Below are positions 12,329-25,384 of a stretch of DNA of 46,765 bases, piece by piece. This stretch comes from Catajapyx aquilonaris (Eukaryota). The notes under the pieces are model-generated. The model saw only the letters and a program-made list of their open reading frames with translations, ran no database searches and had not been told where the DNA came from. Location: NCBI GenBank assembly GCA_000934665.2, contig JYFJ02000840.1:62001-108765 (forward strand), read 5' to 3'. Each line of letters opens with the position of its first letter. Position 1 is the stretch's first letter. The translations under genes and the position numbers were made by a program.

Positions 12329-12910
12329 GTATGGAACATTCTCGAGGACTCACCTGACCCGATGGCATCCATCAATGTGGGTGATCGTGTCTGGTCCCTC
12401 TTAATTGACCCTACTGGCACTCTGCTGTGTACTGGTTCATCTGGACATCACCAGGTTCCTCCCCTGCAGCTGTATGACCTTGGAAGTGGTCGCCACCTGA
12501 CCTCCCTAGGGTCAACACATCGAGAAGGGGCAGGTGTCCTTGACATGGTGTGGGAGTCCCCATCATCCGCTCTGTCATGCGGCTACGACACACAAGTTCG
12601 CATGTGGGATGTCCGGTCACCTGCACAACCTTGCTTATCATGGGAAGACCCACATGATGCGGCGATCTACTGCCTGGCTACAGACAGGCTGTACTCCATT
12701 GTTTCTGGCACAGCCAGACATGGGCGCGTCCAGTTGTGGGACAAGCGCCAGCCCAGGAGGAGCCTCCAGATGTACTACGCCACATCCAACCATAGCAGCC
12801 CTGTCTACAGCCTTGCGTTTGATGCCTGTGTCCTCTATGTGGCATTAGACCAGGCTGTCAAGGCACTCGACTTCAGGGGGTACGACAACCAGGTTTATGG
12901 GTACCTCTAA
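12329..12910 (+). CDS. FBXW4: FBXW4-like last coding exon
   Basis: tttttag|VWNI...GDRVWSL...GAGVLD...SCGYDTQVRMWD...WEDPHDAAIYCL...SSPVYSLAFD...ALDF; TAA ending 12910. Confidence 0.92.
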   Translation, partial: VWNILEDSPDPMASINVGDRVWSLLIDPTGTLLCTGSSGHHQVPPLQLYDLGSGRHLTSLGSTHREGAGVLDMVWESPSSALSCGYDTQVRMWDVRSPAQPCLSWEDPHDAAIYCLATDRLYSIVSGTARHGRVQLWDKRQPRRSLQMYYATSNHSSPVYSLAFDACVLYVALDQAVKALDFRGYDNQVYGYL

Positions 12911-14592
12911 AGAATGAGGAGAGAAAGAGATATATATATTTTTCTCAGTATAGTCTTGATGATTTAAGTCAGTCACATTTACCTGGATATGAAATGAGAC
13001 GTTTTGAGATTTGCCATTTACATTGGTTCAACTGCTAATCTCTCCAAAGTTCAAACTTGAAAATTACAGGTTATTTTGATAGGTAATAAAACTTAACATG
13101 AAGATAGGCAATCAGCTGTACTGTTTAAACTTTTTCTTACTCGGGTATTTTAAATACACTTTACAAAAGGGTGTATCAGGTGTGGATCATATGCTATGTA
13201 TCACACAAATGTCAATGTTTATGTTAGTGGTGTCATAATGTTGATATTCTTGCAAATACATGAAGAGTGCGAGGAAATGACTCAAATCACCCAACAAAAT
13301 AATTTATGGCTTCAAGTGGCATTACGAGAGGTGCAATTCTGGTTTGCACTACTCTGGTATAAGGTGTTGTAAATTGCATGAGAATGTCATCTTATATGCA
13401 GGTAAATGCCCTTAGGAAAGGGTAGAGATGAGTAGAAATGCACGAAAACTCTTGATTTTTTTCTATCAAGATGTTGGGCTAGCTCCATGTTTTGCATTAT
13501 CTTATTTTCCCAATCACATTTGTTAATGGTGAGCTTGAATTTGTGAAAATTTTATCACTGCAGACGTAGGTGCATTAGAGCTCCTAATGGGAGCATATTT
13601 GCTTGAGATGGCTATTTTCTGCAAGATGGATTTTGCTAAATGTGTCAGACATACGTCCCAGGAATCGAACTGTGGATAGTCCTGTTTTCGGTGTTTCTTT
13701 AATTGTGAGGCATGCTTTAGTTGGTACCACTGGGGAAAGTTGGCAAATTTCTCAGGCCATCTAATTATTTTGTAATGAACTCTGACACGTAATCTTATGA
13801 CTGTTGCACTACTCCTCTTCCCTGGGTGAGATGCCATCATGCTATTAGAATTGTTTCCAGTGGTGCCAACCATTTTCTCCTCGGCACCAGTTTCTGTACA
13901 CTTCCTTGACCCAATAAAGTAGTGTAGTCCTCTTGTTTCTTTGAATCAAATGGGTAGCAACTGATATTTCTGAAACCCTTCCTACCATCCCCTGGCTATG
14001 TTATAAATCTCCATAAAATACCTTGTGTTAATGGTGTAAAAACTGAGTGTGACGGGTGGGAAACTTTTCTCTGAATGGTTGGGGGCCATAGTAACACCAA
14101 ACTTGCTTGAAAAGAATTACATGGTATCTCAGACAATCCACGATCATATTTAATCATTTTTACCGGTTTTGGTACCCATTCTCCCTTATATCCAAACCAT
14201 GAGGGCGACCCCGTGCAAGCCAGAGGATCAGCTGATTCTGCAGCCTAGTTTCCTAGTTAATGACCTGTTCATAAGCATAGCGAATCCTTGAAGGTTTGCA
14301 TGTGTCTGCACAAGGGCAAAGTCTGAAAAGTCAGGCTTCTAGGATACCTGCAAGCAAGCAACCAAGGACCAGAGGGCACTCAACCTATCTTTGATTTGAC
14401 CTACTTTGTGCCCATCAGCTGTGTTGGGTGCATTTGGTAGTCAGCTACTGCCCATGTGCATTTTACTTGGATTGATCTAGATCTACCAGTGTTGAGGGCC
14501 AAGCAGAGGAGGGGCATATGGGCTAGTTGGCCTGGGCCTATGATTTGAGGGGGCCTATTCCAAGTCCTCTGGTCATAACTGTCCAAATATGT

Positions 14593-14734
14593 ATCAACAG
14601 TTCAAAAATAATTGTCCCGTCGCGTCGAGCGGGCAGCCACGTGTCAGGATGAAAGGAACGCGTTAACTGGTTCCTTTCACTGACGCGTGGCTGCCCGCTC
14701 GACGCGACGGGACAATTCTTTTTGAACTGTTGAT
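14593..14734. repeat. Near-perfect palindrome (MITE-like, CpG-rich)
   Basis: ATCAACAGTTCAAAAA...GGGCAGCCAC / GTGGCTGCCC...TTTTTGAACTGTTGAT inverted arms. Confidence 0.75.
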
Positions 14735-15435
14735 TCCAGGTAGTGATTACTGAATGTAAAAATACTTAATGAGCAGTTTGAAATTTTTGGGGCCTGCATT
14801 TCATTCCCATCTGGCCTGGGCCTATTACCTTGCCAGTATTCACTCTTGTTAGCAGTGCCTGAAAAGCAAGATGGGATGCTTAACTTGACATTCAGTTGCT
14901 CAAGATTACCTGCAGAGGACCTTTGTGACAGGGGGATTGGACAGAATGAGCCTGTATAATGGTTTCCTTCATTCACATAACCTGACTCCGTTGGTTTTGT
15001 GTGTGACTGTGCGTGTGTAAAAGGTGTACGAGACTCCAGTGGCCGCAAAAGATCTTTACATACCAGTTGTGGTGGCATGCGAAGAGATTTGGGTCACCAC
15101 ACTGACTGGATTTTTGAGCAGGTAAGGCAGTCCATGTTTTTTGTTGGGTTGGTTATTGCGGGAGCCAAAGCAACTACAGGCCACCTTGTATAGTGGAGGG
15201 TGGTAAGAGATAAAATATTTTTGGACACTGGGAGAAAATGTATTATTATTTTCTCATATGCCAGACATTCCAATTGGGGCCAAAACGTTAGGACTAGAAG
15301 GAAGCAAGTTGGGGTGCTCACTGGCAAGATGCCAACCTGGTGCCTCATACCATTTCCGAAGGGATGCCTAGTCTCCAGTTGCTCTGTATTTTTGTTTATA
15401 CTGTTATTATCGTTTTACATTGTACGTTTTTTAAA

Positions 15436-15578
15436 ATTAAATACCCGTGATGTCCCTTACGGGATCTATAGGGGGGTGGCACACCACCACCAGTTTTCTA
15501 TATATTTTTCTACTTCATTCTCCGGTGCAAGGAAACAGGGACATGGGAAAGGATTGGGATTTTTGGGGAGGGAACATA
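15436..15578 (-). mobile_element. 5'-truncated SINE family B copy
   Basis: Matches ~38931-39066 (CCCGTGATGTCCCTTACGGG...GGGGAGGGAACAT); lacks the tRNA-like head. Confidence 0.7.
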
Positions 15579-16643
15579 TTGTATGTTTATGTATTAGTAT
15601 GTATGTGTGCGTATCACCGATTTCATCATCACCAAACTCATTATATCTTCTGCGTGCCCTGACCAGTCATTAGAAGAGCCATTGTAATGGTCATACGAAA
15701 CGGCTAGGCACAAACTAGTCGTCACTGGCTACCCCATTTCTGGGATTATGCTGTGATGTTATGAATGAATGAATGAATGTGTTGGAAAAGGCAAGGAAAG
15801 ATGCTTGATGGGTTCTCTCCCTGGTTTGCATGAGTTTTATCAAGGTTCTCCCATTTTCTCGCCATCTCAAAATCTACAGACACGGAGGTAATAAGGAATC
15901 AAGTTGGCCAAATTAGGGCACAGGTATCATGGCATGTCCTATTAAAATTTAAATTATTAATTGAAAGCGTTTTTTACAACATCCAGTTGCAATCAATATC
16001 TGTTAAAATATTATGTACAGTACAATCACTTCCACTCAGTGGCGGATCTAGACATCGTTGTTGGGGGGGGGNTCCCCCCCCCCCCCCCCCCCCCCCCCCC
16101 CAAACCAAATAAGCCCGCCGCAGGCGAAAAAAATTTTCAAACCCTGTAAGCACATCGGATAAAAGCAAGTAAAATACAATTGCGACATGGCCATTTTTCT
16201 GTTTCCGCCACTGCTTCCACTCACTCCTGTTGCCTCACCATGTGTGGCAGTTACTTGAAGGAGTTGCATAACTTGCATCATTTTCCAAAGGTACATAAAT
16301 TTTGCACCAAACCTGAAGGTCAGTTTACAGTGAGCAAGCATCTGCAATATTTTCTCCAACACTGACGTCAACACACAGTGAAACACACAGTATATCAAGC
16401 ATGAATGATAAAAAGCATCATAAGTCATGGAATTCTAACCGATTGCAAGAGTTGTGTGTAAGGCACATTATGTGTGGCAAAATACCCTCAATTTGACAGA
16501 CCTTGGATTGGGCAAACTGCAAATTACTCCTGATTAGATATGATATGCACTTAATTTGTGGCTTATGGATGATTTATGAGGACAATAATTCAGATTTACA
16601 CAAATATGTGGGTATGCAGGAGCCCTCCCCCCAGAATATACTA

Positions 16644-16921
16644 AATAAATATAATAAATAAATAATGGATACCCCGTGATAGGCCCCTTGGGCCTCTTAG
16701 GGGATCATCTTTTGAATAACCGACTTTAATCATTTGCCTGTAATGTGATGGATTTTGATAGTGGGAGGAAACGGGAGAACCCCGAGAAAACCCACGCGAA
16801 CACGGAGAGAACCCATCGAAACTCTATCCACATAAGTATCCTCCGTCCGACACGGGGATCGAACTCGGGACCTTAGAGGTGGAAGGCTGCGGCGCTAACC
16901 ACTCGGCCACCGTGTCACCCT
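16644..16921 (-). mobile_element. tRNA-derived SINE (family C)
   Basis: TSD CCCAGAATATACTA at 16630-16643 and 16922-16935. Confidence 0.88.
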
Positions 16922-18927
16922 CCCAGAATATACTACAGTACCACCTGCCCCATTTTCACTGTTATTTAACCCAGTTATGCCGAGTGTCCCCTACAGGGGA
17001 CACCTGCACAGTTGTTACATTTTAATTTTTTTGCACAAGTGGTTCTGCTGCTAAAGAGCTGGCAGTAGTCAAGTGTGCAGTAGAGTCCCAGCTAATGATA
17101 CAAGTTCAAACCTGCTCAATATTGCTTCAGATTTTTAAGACACAGGCGTTTCAATTTTAACGCAGGAAATAATGGCTGCACCTCCACGTTCCGCAGACGA
17201 TTAGTAATTAATTCTCGAATGTTGATTGGCATTATGAGTTTGTAATACTTAGAAAACTTATGAATGATGATGTTGATGTGGAAATATAGTCATATTTTTT
17301 TACTTTCCTTGTCTGAGAGTAGTGTTGAAATCTGGTGTCCTCTCTGGGGAACGCAAGAGGCAAATGCACCCACATTGGACAAGTAAAGTATGTGTGTGGA
17401 TTTTGTACGCTTTGTTGAACTGTATTTTAATGAATCCATACAATTAAAACGAGATTACATGGCAATTGCTTATCATGGCAACCATTGCAACAATCCTTGA
17501 TTGTTGTTGATTGTTACTCAATTACAACCCCTTCTTTGCATGGCCTGTTTCCATGGTAATGCAATCGACAACAATCAATCATTGGTGAAACTATGGATGT
17601 TGCTGAATTTCACTGTTGCCATAGTAATGTAATCATTAATCAACAACTGTTATAGTCGTACTAGGTTAAATTTTCCCAGCATCCCATAATATTATACTAT
17701 AGGGAACTGCCATTTCCTCGCAAACAAGCATTCAGAAAAATGTTTCATCTAGATTTTTGTGAACTAATATGAACTAATAGAAACAAAAAATGTTCAAAAA
17801 TTCAACAAAAACTTTTCCCGTCATATCTGGGTTAATCATGGGGCCAGTGTATTCAGGAGCACTGGTTTAGCAGAACAATCTGAACAACCTATTTCCTGAG
17901 ACAGTTGTAGGGGCCTCTGTGGGAATCCCTGTCCCAGGTGTTGCGCCAAGGTATTGACAATGACTAAAGAGGTAATACCTATGATAGAAAAACATGAATA
18001 GGAGAGGAATGGAGGTTCCAAACATAAGCACCTTGTGCAGGGAAGTGGTCTGGGTTGTGATCCTGCATGACTGCAGGGGTAGGGAGGAGCCGAATAAGGT
18101 AAATAACTGTATGATGTACTTATGCTAAATGATTACCACATCTTGCTACAGTCACATTTACAGGATTGTCACTATGAAACATGCTGTTCACATTGGCAGT
18201 TTTTATTTTCTTTTGCTATTTGGAAATTTTATTACATTCGGTTGAGAATACTCATCCTTTTAAACCCATTGTTACCAGACAATAGAGAGCTAGCCTTCAC
18301 ACCTCAGTTATTGCAATAAATAAAAACCAACTCCTATTTCCAGGCTAGGTTAGGACTTCTTAATTGCTACTTGTATACTTTGTTGTCCGTGTATATGTCA
18401 TAATAATAATGGTGATAATAAAAGCAGTCTAGTGTCAACAGTTGATTAATAATTAGTAATAATAAAAATAAAATTTCTTTTCGGGATAGGTCACAACACA
18501 GTAAAAGCACTTTTAGTCCTATACTAGTCACCAAAGACCCTATAAGTTGCAACTAATAAGTATTTATAAGTTACAATGTTATAACTATTAGGGTCTTTGA
18601 TGTCACATTGTGGTTGAAAAAGACACAACTGTGGGAATCACTTATGCAAACATTATGCGTATCATAATTATGCTTCTCAGAATTCAACGACCACACAGGT
18701 TCATTGATGTCAATTATTTTTCTTTCCTGAATAAATAACCAGGCATAACTTTACCCCTCCGCAAGGGCCTCTACAAAATACACTAACACAAAAATTACAC
18801 GAGACGTACGGCTGGTACGCAATGTGGCGCATTTGATATGTCTGTGATGTTTTACAAAACAATGATTTTTGGAATGCTTCTTGATCTCCAGCACTGGTAG
18901 TTCCCCCCTCCCCAGCATAAGGATGAT

Positions 18928-18981
18928 TCATGCCACAGAATACATGAGTTGTAGTAAGCATCCCACGGATCCAAAGTACCC
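18928..18981 (-). CDS. PANK: Pantothenate kinase last exon
   Basis: cag|GYFGSVGCLLQLMYSVA*, completing the conserved HEGYFG motif. Confidence 0.88.
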   Translation of the reverse strand, partial: GYFGSVGCLLQLMYSVA

Positions 18982-19062
18982 CTGTGGAAGGAAAATGAGA
19001 GTGACTTTGTGAACTGGCAAAATTTACGCAGTGAATACAGCATTTGGCAAAATGGGGCTCAC

Positions 19063-19176
19063 CTCATGTTCCAAGAAAAGTGCCTTCAGAGCTCCATGAG
19101 ACCAATAATCCATGGCTGATGCCAAAAGCTTCATGGAAATTGGGTTGACTCGCAGGAAGTTACCCACAAATACCAC
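19063..19176 (-). CDS. PANK: Pantothenate kinase exon
   Basis: [38 protein letters not shown] with tag| acceptor and |gtgagc donor. Confidence 0.92.
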
Positions 19177-19442
19177 CTAGGAAGGATCAAATTAACTAGT
19201 TACTATCCTGTTATGCATGACTTAAATATGAGCATTAATTGAATTACACTGAAAATATATATGTCAAGTGCTCACGCAAGAAGACGCAGTAATTACCAGT
19301 TAGTTTCTAGAAATTTCAGTGAACAGTTACATTGAGATCAATTTCTGATATTGCAATGCATTATTTTATGCAATCAGTCATTCCAATAATTTTGCATGTA
19401 CACAAGTGTACCAACAACTGAAGGCATTACTTTATCACTTAC

Positions 19443-19755
19443 CCTTTCAATCCCCTCATTGAGTGCACACATCCTGGCAATAGATCCAATGTTGTTTGTG
19501 ATGGTGACAAGTGTTGCCCTGGCTAGATCTTCCCGGCCTACTGCAGCTCGCTTATCTTTAGAGGCCATCTGGGCAAAACTGCTGGCCACCAAGTCTCCAG
19601 ACAAATCAAATCGGTTGTAGTCCCCTCCATAAATGTCCTTTACCAGTTTGTCCACTTTTGTGTTGTCTCCCTGCGCAGCAAGGGAGATAGCCTCCTCAAA
19701 TGAAGTGCACCCAGTCAAAAGGCAGCAGAGGCCTAAAAACGTGCCTCCACCCAAA
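19443..19755 (-). CDS. PANK: Pantothenate kinase exon
   Basis: [16 protein letters not shown]...[13 protein letters not shown]...[15 protein letters not shown]; phase 2/0. Confidence 0.95.
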
Positions 19756-20679
19756 CTGCAGAGAGACAGGGAGATTAGGTGAAGGCTTGGTAAATTGCAT
19801 CCATTGCCTACAATATACAGTATGACAAATTGTAAGAATTAGGAACTGCTTGTGAGAGCTATTATGAGATAACTGTCATTACCAATAGAATCATTCTCGC
19901 ACATTTTACAATAATTGGAGCAATACAACACATTTTGTCACAAAAGGAGGAAGCATTGCAAAGTAATATTTTCAAAGTCAAGGGCCAGAAATGAGTCTCG
20001 TATAATTCAGTGTTATTTAATGACTGCACTCCCATTGGTATTTGTTTGTGGCAGAAATGGGAGAACCCCAATAAAAACCATGTGAATTTTAGAGAATCCA
20101 CGAAAACTATTTCTACATGAAAAAAAAATCATCTAGGTCCAACCCAGAGATCAAATGCAGAACCTCAACAATGGAAGGCTACAGCCTGAACCACACTACA
20201 CCATGCTGCCTTATCAATTAGTGCCCCCCAAAAATTACTGTGGAGTGAAGAGTGTAGATGCACCATCCTACAGGAACCAAGCTTCTTCAATTTCATGCTC
20301 AGTGAGGTGGCATATAAACGGTTCAAGAATGTTGGTGCAGTAACATTCTGCATTTATCCTGTACTTTTAAGCAAATTGGCCCAATTGTGTGCATACAACT
20401 TCTGAAGTTCAAGCCCAGGTTAAGGGCAACTTTGTGGCTGATTCAACCTTGAATGAGCTGAACCCTTGACATTACTTAGTCTTAGTGGGTATGGGCTCAA
20501 TCAGAATCTGTCAGGTTTGATCACATTTAGTATTATATACACTCTGTTGTGCAGTAAATTGTATGTGAAATGCTACAGTTACATAACCAATTAGTTTCAA
20601 AATACTAATAAAATACTGACGTCTAATTGCACAATGACGCAAGACTTGAGCAATAATTGGCGTGGGATGTAATTCTCAC

Positions 20680-20756
20680 CTTGTTCCTGATACTCGGCGG
20701 TACTTCCCGGGCCCAGTCACTGACAACATGCTCACACCTGATCCAATGTTCACCAC
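20680..20756 (-). CDS. PANK: Pantothenate kinase exon
   Basis: VVNIGSGVSMLSVTGPGKYRRVSGT(S); phase 0/2. Confidence 0.92.
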
Positions 20757-20809
20757 CTGCAGAATGGTAAACATTGTTACAATCCCACAATATCAAAACC
20801 CAATACAAA

Positions 20810-21010
20810 TGCAGGGTGTTCATAGTATTAGGGTCATCGCTTTATTATTTTTGTGCAGCTTCTTGTACCCAATTACTCCCAGGTGCGCGACTATAGCAGT
20901 TTCTATGTAATATGGCACCTGAATCGGGGTGAAACAAGCGACACAAAAATAACAGCTTCAAAAGAAATTTCCTATAACTAAATCAATCCAAATACTTGGA
21001 ACACCCTGTA
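20810..21010. mobile_element. Tc1-type MITE remnant
   Basis: CAGGGTGTTC...GAACACCCTG-TA termini. Confidence 0.5.
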
Positions 21011-21402
21011 TAAATATAAACCATAGCATCTTAATCCAGTAACATTTTCAGGCTTGTAATAATTCTAGCTGATCGAGATATATTCATTCCTTGTAATTTC
21101 ATACAGTACTGTAGTAGTTGCATTCAATATTGGGTGATTTTAGAAATTAATAACAATGCTGGAATGTAAATTACAACAAGCTCAACTATATCAGTCCGAT
21201 TTACAGAAAAATCTCCAGTCATATCCTGCATATTCAACACCTAGACACATAATAGGTTATTTGTGCTCATACCACCGCACCGGCCCTAAGATGCGAAAAT
21301 ATATTTAAAATGAGAACTAAATGCCATTTTTATTGTACCCGCATAGAACATAGACACACTCATATACTGTACTGCAATTCTTTGAGGATATATGCAACTC
21401 AC

Positions 21403-21570
21403 CATGAATGGATATGGAGAGCTGAAGTCATAGGTTTTCTTCTTGCAGTTCTCTTCATCCCTCGTGTTCTCCCAATAATAGCACTCATTTGGACTGTGAG
21501 TTTCTATGAACTGAATACCACGTATCAATGAGTCCAGCTCATCGAACTTGTGCAGAGTCAGGTTCACTTC
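21403..21570 (-). CDS. PANK: Pantothenate kinase exon
   Basis: EVNLTLHKFDELDSLIRGI...ECYYW...PYPFM|gtgagt. Confidence 0.92.
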
Positions 21571-22158
21571 CTGCAATACAGGAATAAAATATTAAAATAT
21601 GTTTGTTTTCAAAACAAACAGATGTTTCACATAATATTGTAATGTAAATGCAGCAGTTTCCTTTTTGAACACCAATAGGGGTATCCTACATGCAGTTGCT
21701 AGTTTTTTTTTTTTAAATTTAAAATTACCCCATGCTGGGCCATCTTTGGCTCTTTTGGGGGGAACCTTTGGCAAAGTGCCCTGGTCCAAGGGCAGGGTGA
21801 CTAGGAGGGGATGTGCAACGTGCAAGTGCAATGTCTCAGATTGGTCATTTTGTGAGTTCCCCCGGGTGGATTAGCTATCAGAGATTCCACCCGAGATGAA
21901 GCCAGAGATGGCCCAACTCTGCACGAGATGAAGGGGGAACCGCAGCGCCACTTCACCTCCCTTAGTTTTGACATTACAATTTACACTTGCCTGCATCCTA
22001 TCCATGCACAAAACATCGCATATCTATAGGTGAGTCAGGCAAACTGGGTTGGCAATTACTTAAGATTTACATCTTTAACATTTTAACTGAAGAAATGCTC
22101 TATGAAGCAATACATTAAGGTAACTTTTTCTCCTCCAACTGCAAGTAGAAAAGCTTAC

Positions 22159-22332
22159 CCTCTGGAATTCTGCTTCAAACTTGAATGCTCCACCTCCAGT
22201 GGCACAAACAGTGCTGGCAAGAGTTGCCATGCCCTTGCTCCTCGCCAGCTGCAAGAAGTTTCCCATTTCACTAGTTGGGAATCGAAGGAAGTGTAGGCTC
22301 CCTCTCCTGCCTCCGATGTAAATGTCATTCAT
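22159..22332 (-). CDS. PANK: Pantothenate kinase exon
   Basis: MNDIYIGGRRGSLHFLRFPT...VCATGGGAFKFE...|gtaagc. Confidence 0.93.
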
Positions 22333-23325
22333 CTGCAAAGAAAGTGTCAAGGGGCACTTTTAACTTCATTAAAATGGCTAGACATTCTTACCTGAAGGTC
22401 AGTACTATATATGTTCACATCAGAAAAGACAGGACAGAAGAATATTTCATAATATATTACCTTAAAAATTACAGATTGCAGATCATGGTGTCCAAATACT
22501 TAAATTAGGGTTTAAGTCCCTTTTATTCTGATTAGTCTTCACAGAATGTTCGAGAAATAATCATATGACTTCGTACACAGTATGTATCTGGTAATCTCAG
22601 AATTACCTAACAGACTACCTCAAAACCAAATCTTTCTAAATGTTATGACAAATACAGTACATATCCTACTGTGACAATTCATAAGTGTAGGAAGTTACCA
22701 ATATAATAGAGGTGGTTACATTGGATGTGAAGTTATAAATTTTATGCTGATATACTGCCCAAGAAATACTCGAAGAAAACATTAGCAACACATGAGTTAA
22801 GGTATGACATCTAATATCAGTTGAAAAGTTATTGCACAGCATTAAAATGTTATGATTGAAAATGAGAGAAATACAAACTAATTTATTCTCAGTTACAATC
22901 CAGTAATGAAGTATTCTGAACTCCTTTCAGCTGTTTGATTACCTACAACCCTATTTTCATTGTGTATCATAGGTCACTGCCACACAAAAAGATTCTTTTT
23001 ATAAATGTGTCCCTACATGTGACAGGTGACCAGATCTTGTAATGCAACACCCACTGCCAGCTGCAACAGAATTCACGTCAAAGTCTCTATTGATATATTT
23101 TTAAACCATATTCAATACTTTCTGTGCAAAACGTGACCCATAAAAGTGCATCACTGCTTGGAGTTGCTCAGGCATTACTCCATAGTTATCAGGTGAATGG
23201 TACACACTGCAATTCACAAATCCTTTGCATAATCAAACCAACTGTTAGGTATGTATGTAATGACAGCTGTAGCTGATGACAATGTCCAGGTGTACAGAAT
23301 GATAACAGGCTCCAATAAAACAAAC

Positions 23326-23504
23326 CTGCAGATGTATATCCCGAATGCCAGTCTTTCCATAGGCACTATTCCTGGTGAGGTAACGCCTGATGTTCTTTAA
23401 CGTTTCAACCTCGTCATGTTCCTCAGCTGGAGTAATGTCCAATGGCTCAAAGTAGACAAGCTTCACCAGAGATCCTCCAATGTCCATCCCAAACCAGGGC
23501 ATGG
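23326..23504 (-). CDS. PANK: Pantothenate kinase first catalytic-core exon
   Basis: ttctag|[25 protein letters not shown]...[12 protein letters not shown]; phase-1 acceptor. Confidence 0.93.
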
Positions 23505-25170
23505 CTAGAATGTCATCAACAACAGCACCCGGCATTATTACCCTGATGCCTGCTTCACAAACCCACAAGCATATAACTGATGTACTCTCTTGTAGAAGCT
23601 ATCCCTTTTTAAACAAGTGTGCTTGTGACAAGCTCAGGGATAAGGAGAGACAGAGCAAAAAAAGGGTGGTGATTAAATCATGACCTTCTTGCCACCCGTG
23701 ACGTGCACTCCATTTTTCCACTTCTTCCACGTTTTTAACTCCTCCCAGTCACGCTTCTTACATGTGTTGTACAATAGGCGGGAAATTCACGTTCCCACCG
23801 GGTTGGCATACCATGGGTGGGATCACTAGCCTCGCGTTTAAAATTACAGGGAAGAATTACAGGAGTTAGCATAAATGTGACATGTGACACCCTTGACATA
23901 ATCGTAGATCACAAGTTTTCAAACTGTGGCAGTTTATGACGCTGAAAAATGGGGGCATGGCCATTGCAAATTTTTAAAACAACCTATTGTCTCTCATATG
24001 TCAAGTTCACTTACTCAGGAACATCTGGTTCAAGTCCATGTTTTCTTGAAGAAACTGACGCACTTTTCATGACGCTTTATGTTGTGGAGTTGGCATCACA
24101 ACAATCCCGATTGTGAGCAAAAAAAAATTCCCCCAGTCATAGACGTCAAGAGGGCAGGTTAAAAACATTAATTTGCTTTCTTATTCCCTAATGAACCTTC
24201 CCTAATGCATGGTATTTCTCTCAAGACAGTTATTGGGCAAAAAAGAATCTCATCCCCTTGATGTAATGAGAATGAAGGTAACTTCCCCTCAAGGCATAAA
24301 AGAAGCTGCACCTGCGTCATGCATGACCTTGCCTCATACGTGAGGGTTCACACACAACATTTTTTTTTATCTCCCTTTTGTTTTGCTCCCACTGCCACTT
24401 TTTATGTAATGCCAGCTTCAGAATCACAAAATCTGAATTTCCCCGTTTCTGCCCACAAGGTGAGAAGAAATGTCCTTCTAGTAAGAAACATTTTTTATGA
24501 ATTTATTTCACTCGCATATCTTTTAGCAATTTCTTTCTAAAGCTGAGTAATCCAGTTGCTTTCCAGGTTTCTGCTGAGATTTCAATTTTAAGTATGTCTG
24601 GAAAAAATTCATTTCATCTGAATCCAGTTAGGACCCAACTGAATTTATATTAATTGTTGCTTTATTAAATAATCTCATAATCAGCCGAAACCAAATACCT
24701 AAACTGGCAAGCTACGTCTTACGTAGCCATAAATTTACAGTGGGTGGAAGAAAAAATTGAAAGTAAAATCTTCGAATTTCATCTGAAACAAGTTGCAGAA
24801 GTCAATAATTTTTTTACCATCCTGTATAATGTAGCAGGTGTCAGGATGTTCAGGCAACTTGCTTGTTAGTAAACAGCTCTACAGTAATGCTTTTTATATA
24901 TATTTCTGCAGAAGAAATGATGAAATATATACATGATTATGTCGCATGACATCTTACAACATGCGATTTTCATTACGCAAGAAAATAGATATGTCTGATA
25001 CAGTCATATAATCAGTTAGAGTGCATTGGAAATTTTCTAATCTAATCTGCCTTTAATCCTCCATCAGCAAACCATCTAATAAAAACTGTGACCCAGACAT
25101 ACACCCTAACTTGGATTCCGCAACATGCAATAATTACATTTGATAAGCAAATATGACTAGGATTTATTTA

Positions 25171-25384
25171 TACAGGGTGTTTCTCGGCCTAAGTTGACAA
25201 TCTTCAGATGTGAGGTGGAGCAGAGTTGATAGATTAGACACTCCTAGATTGCATTCTAACTCCAGGTTTGGGACTCCCATTACATCATTTTATCCTGCCA
25301 ATTTCATTTACATCAGTGACTAATCAATAAACTCTGACACTTTTCTTCTTTGGATTGTCAGCTTGGGCAGAGAAACACTATGTA
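25171..25384. mobile_element. Tc1-type MITE
   Basis: TACAGGGTGTTTCTCGGCCTAAGTTGACAATC ... GATTGTCAGCTTGGGCAGAGAAACACTATGTA imperfect terminal inverted repeats (TIRs). Confidence 0.65.

Noticed and set aside
16061..16100. G-run/N/C-run and poly-Pro or poly-Gly ORFs (also at 34991 and 46470)
   Set aside because: Assembly uncertainty in homopolymers within repeats.
18751..18927. 58-codon open frame after the PanK TGA (possible readthrough or selenocysteine)
   Set aside because: Stop context is TGA-A, no SECIS-like element recognised, and the protein already ends where PanK homologs end; plausible by chance.
19177..19442. miR-103/107-like intronic miRNA, as in vertebrate PANK genes
   Set aside because: No AGCAGCATTGTACAGGG-like mature sequence was seen in the PanK introns.
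24918..24998. ATGATGA...CTGA box C/D snoRNA-like spacing
   Set aside because: Antisense to the host PanK intron, no convincing terminal stem or recognisable rRNA guide.
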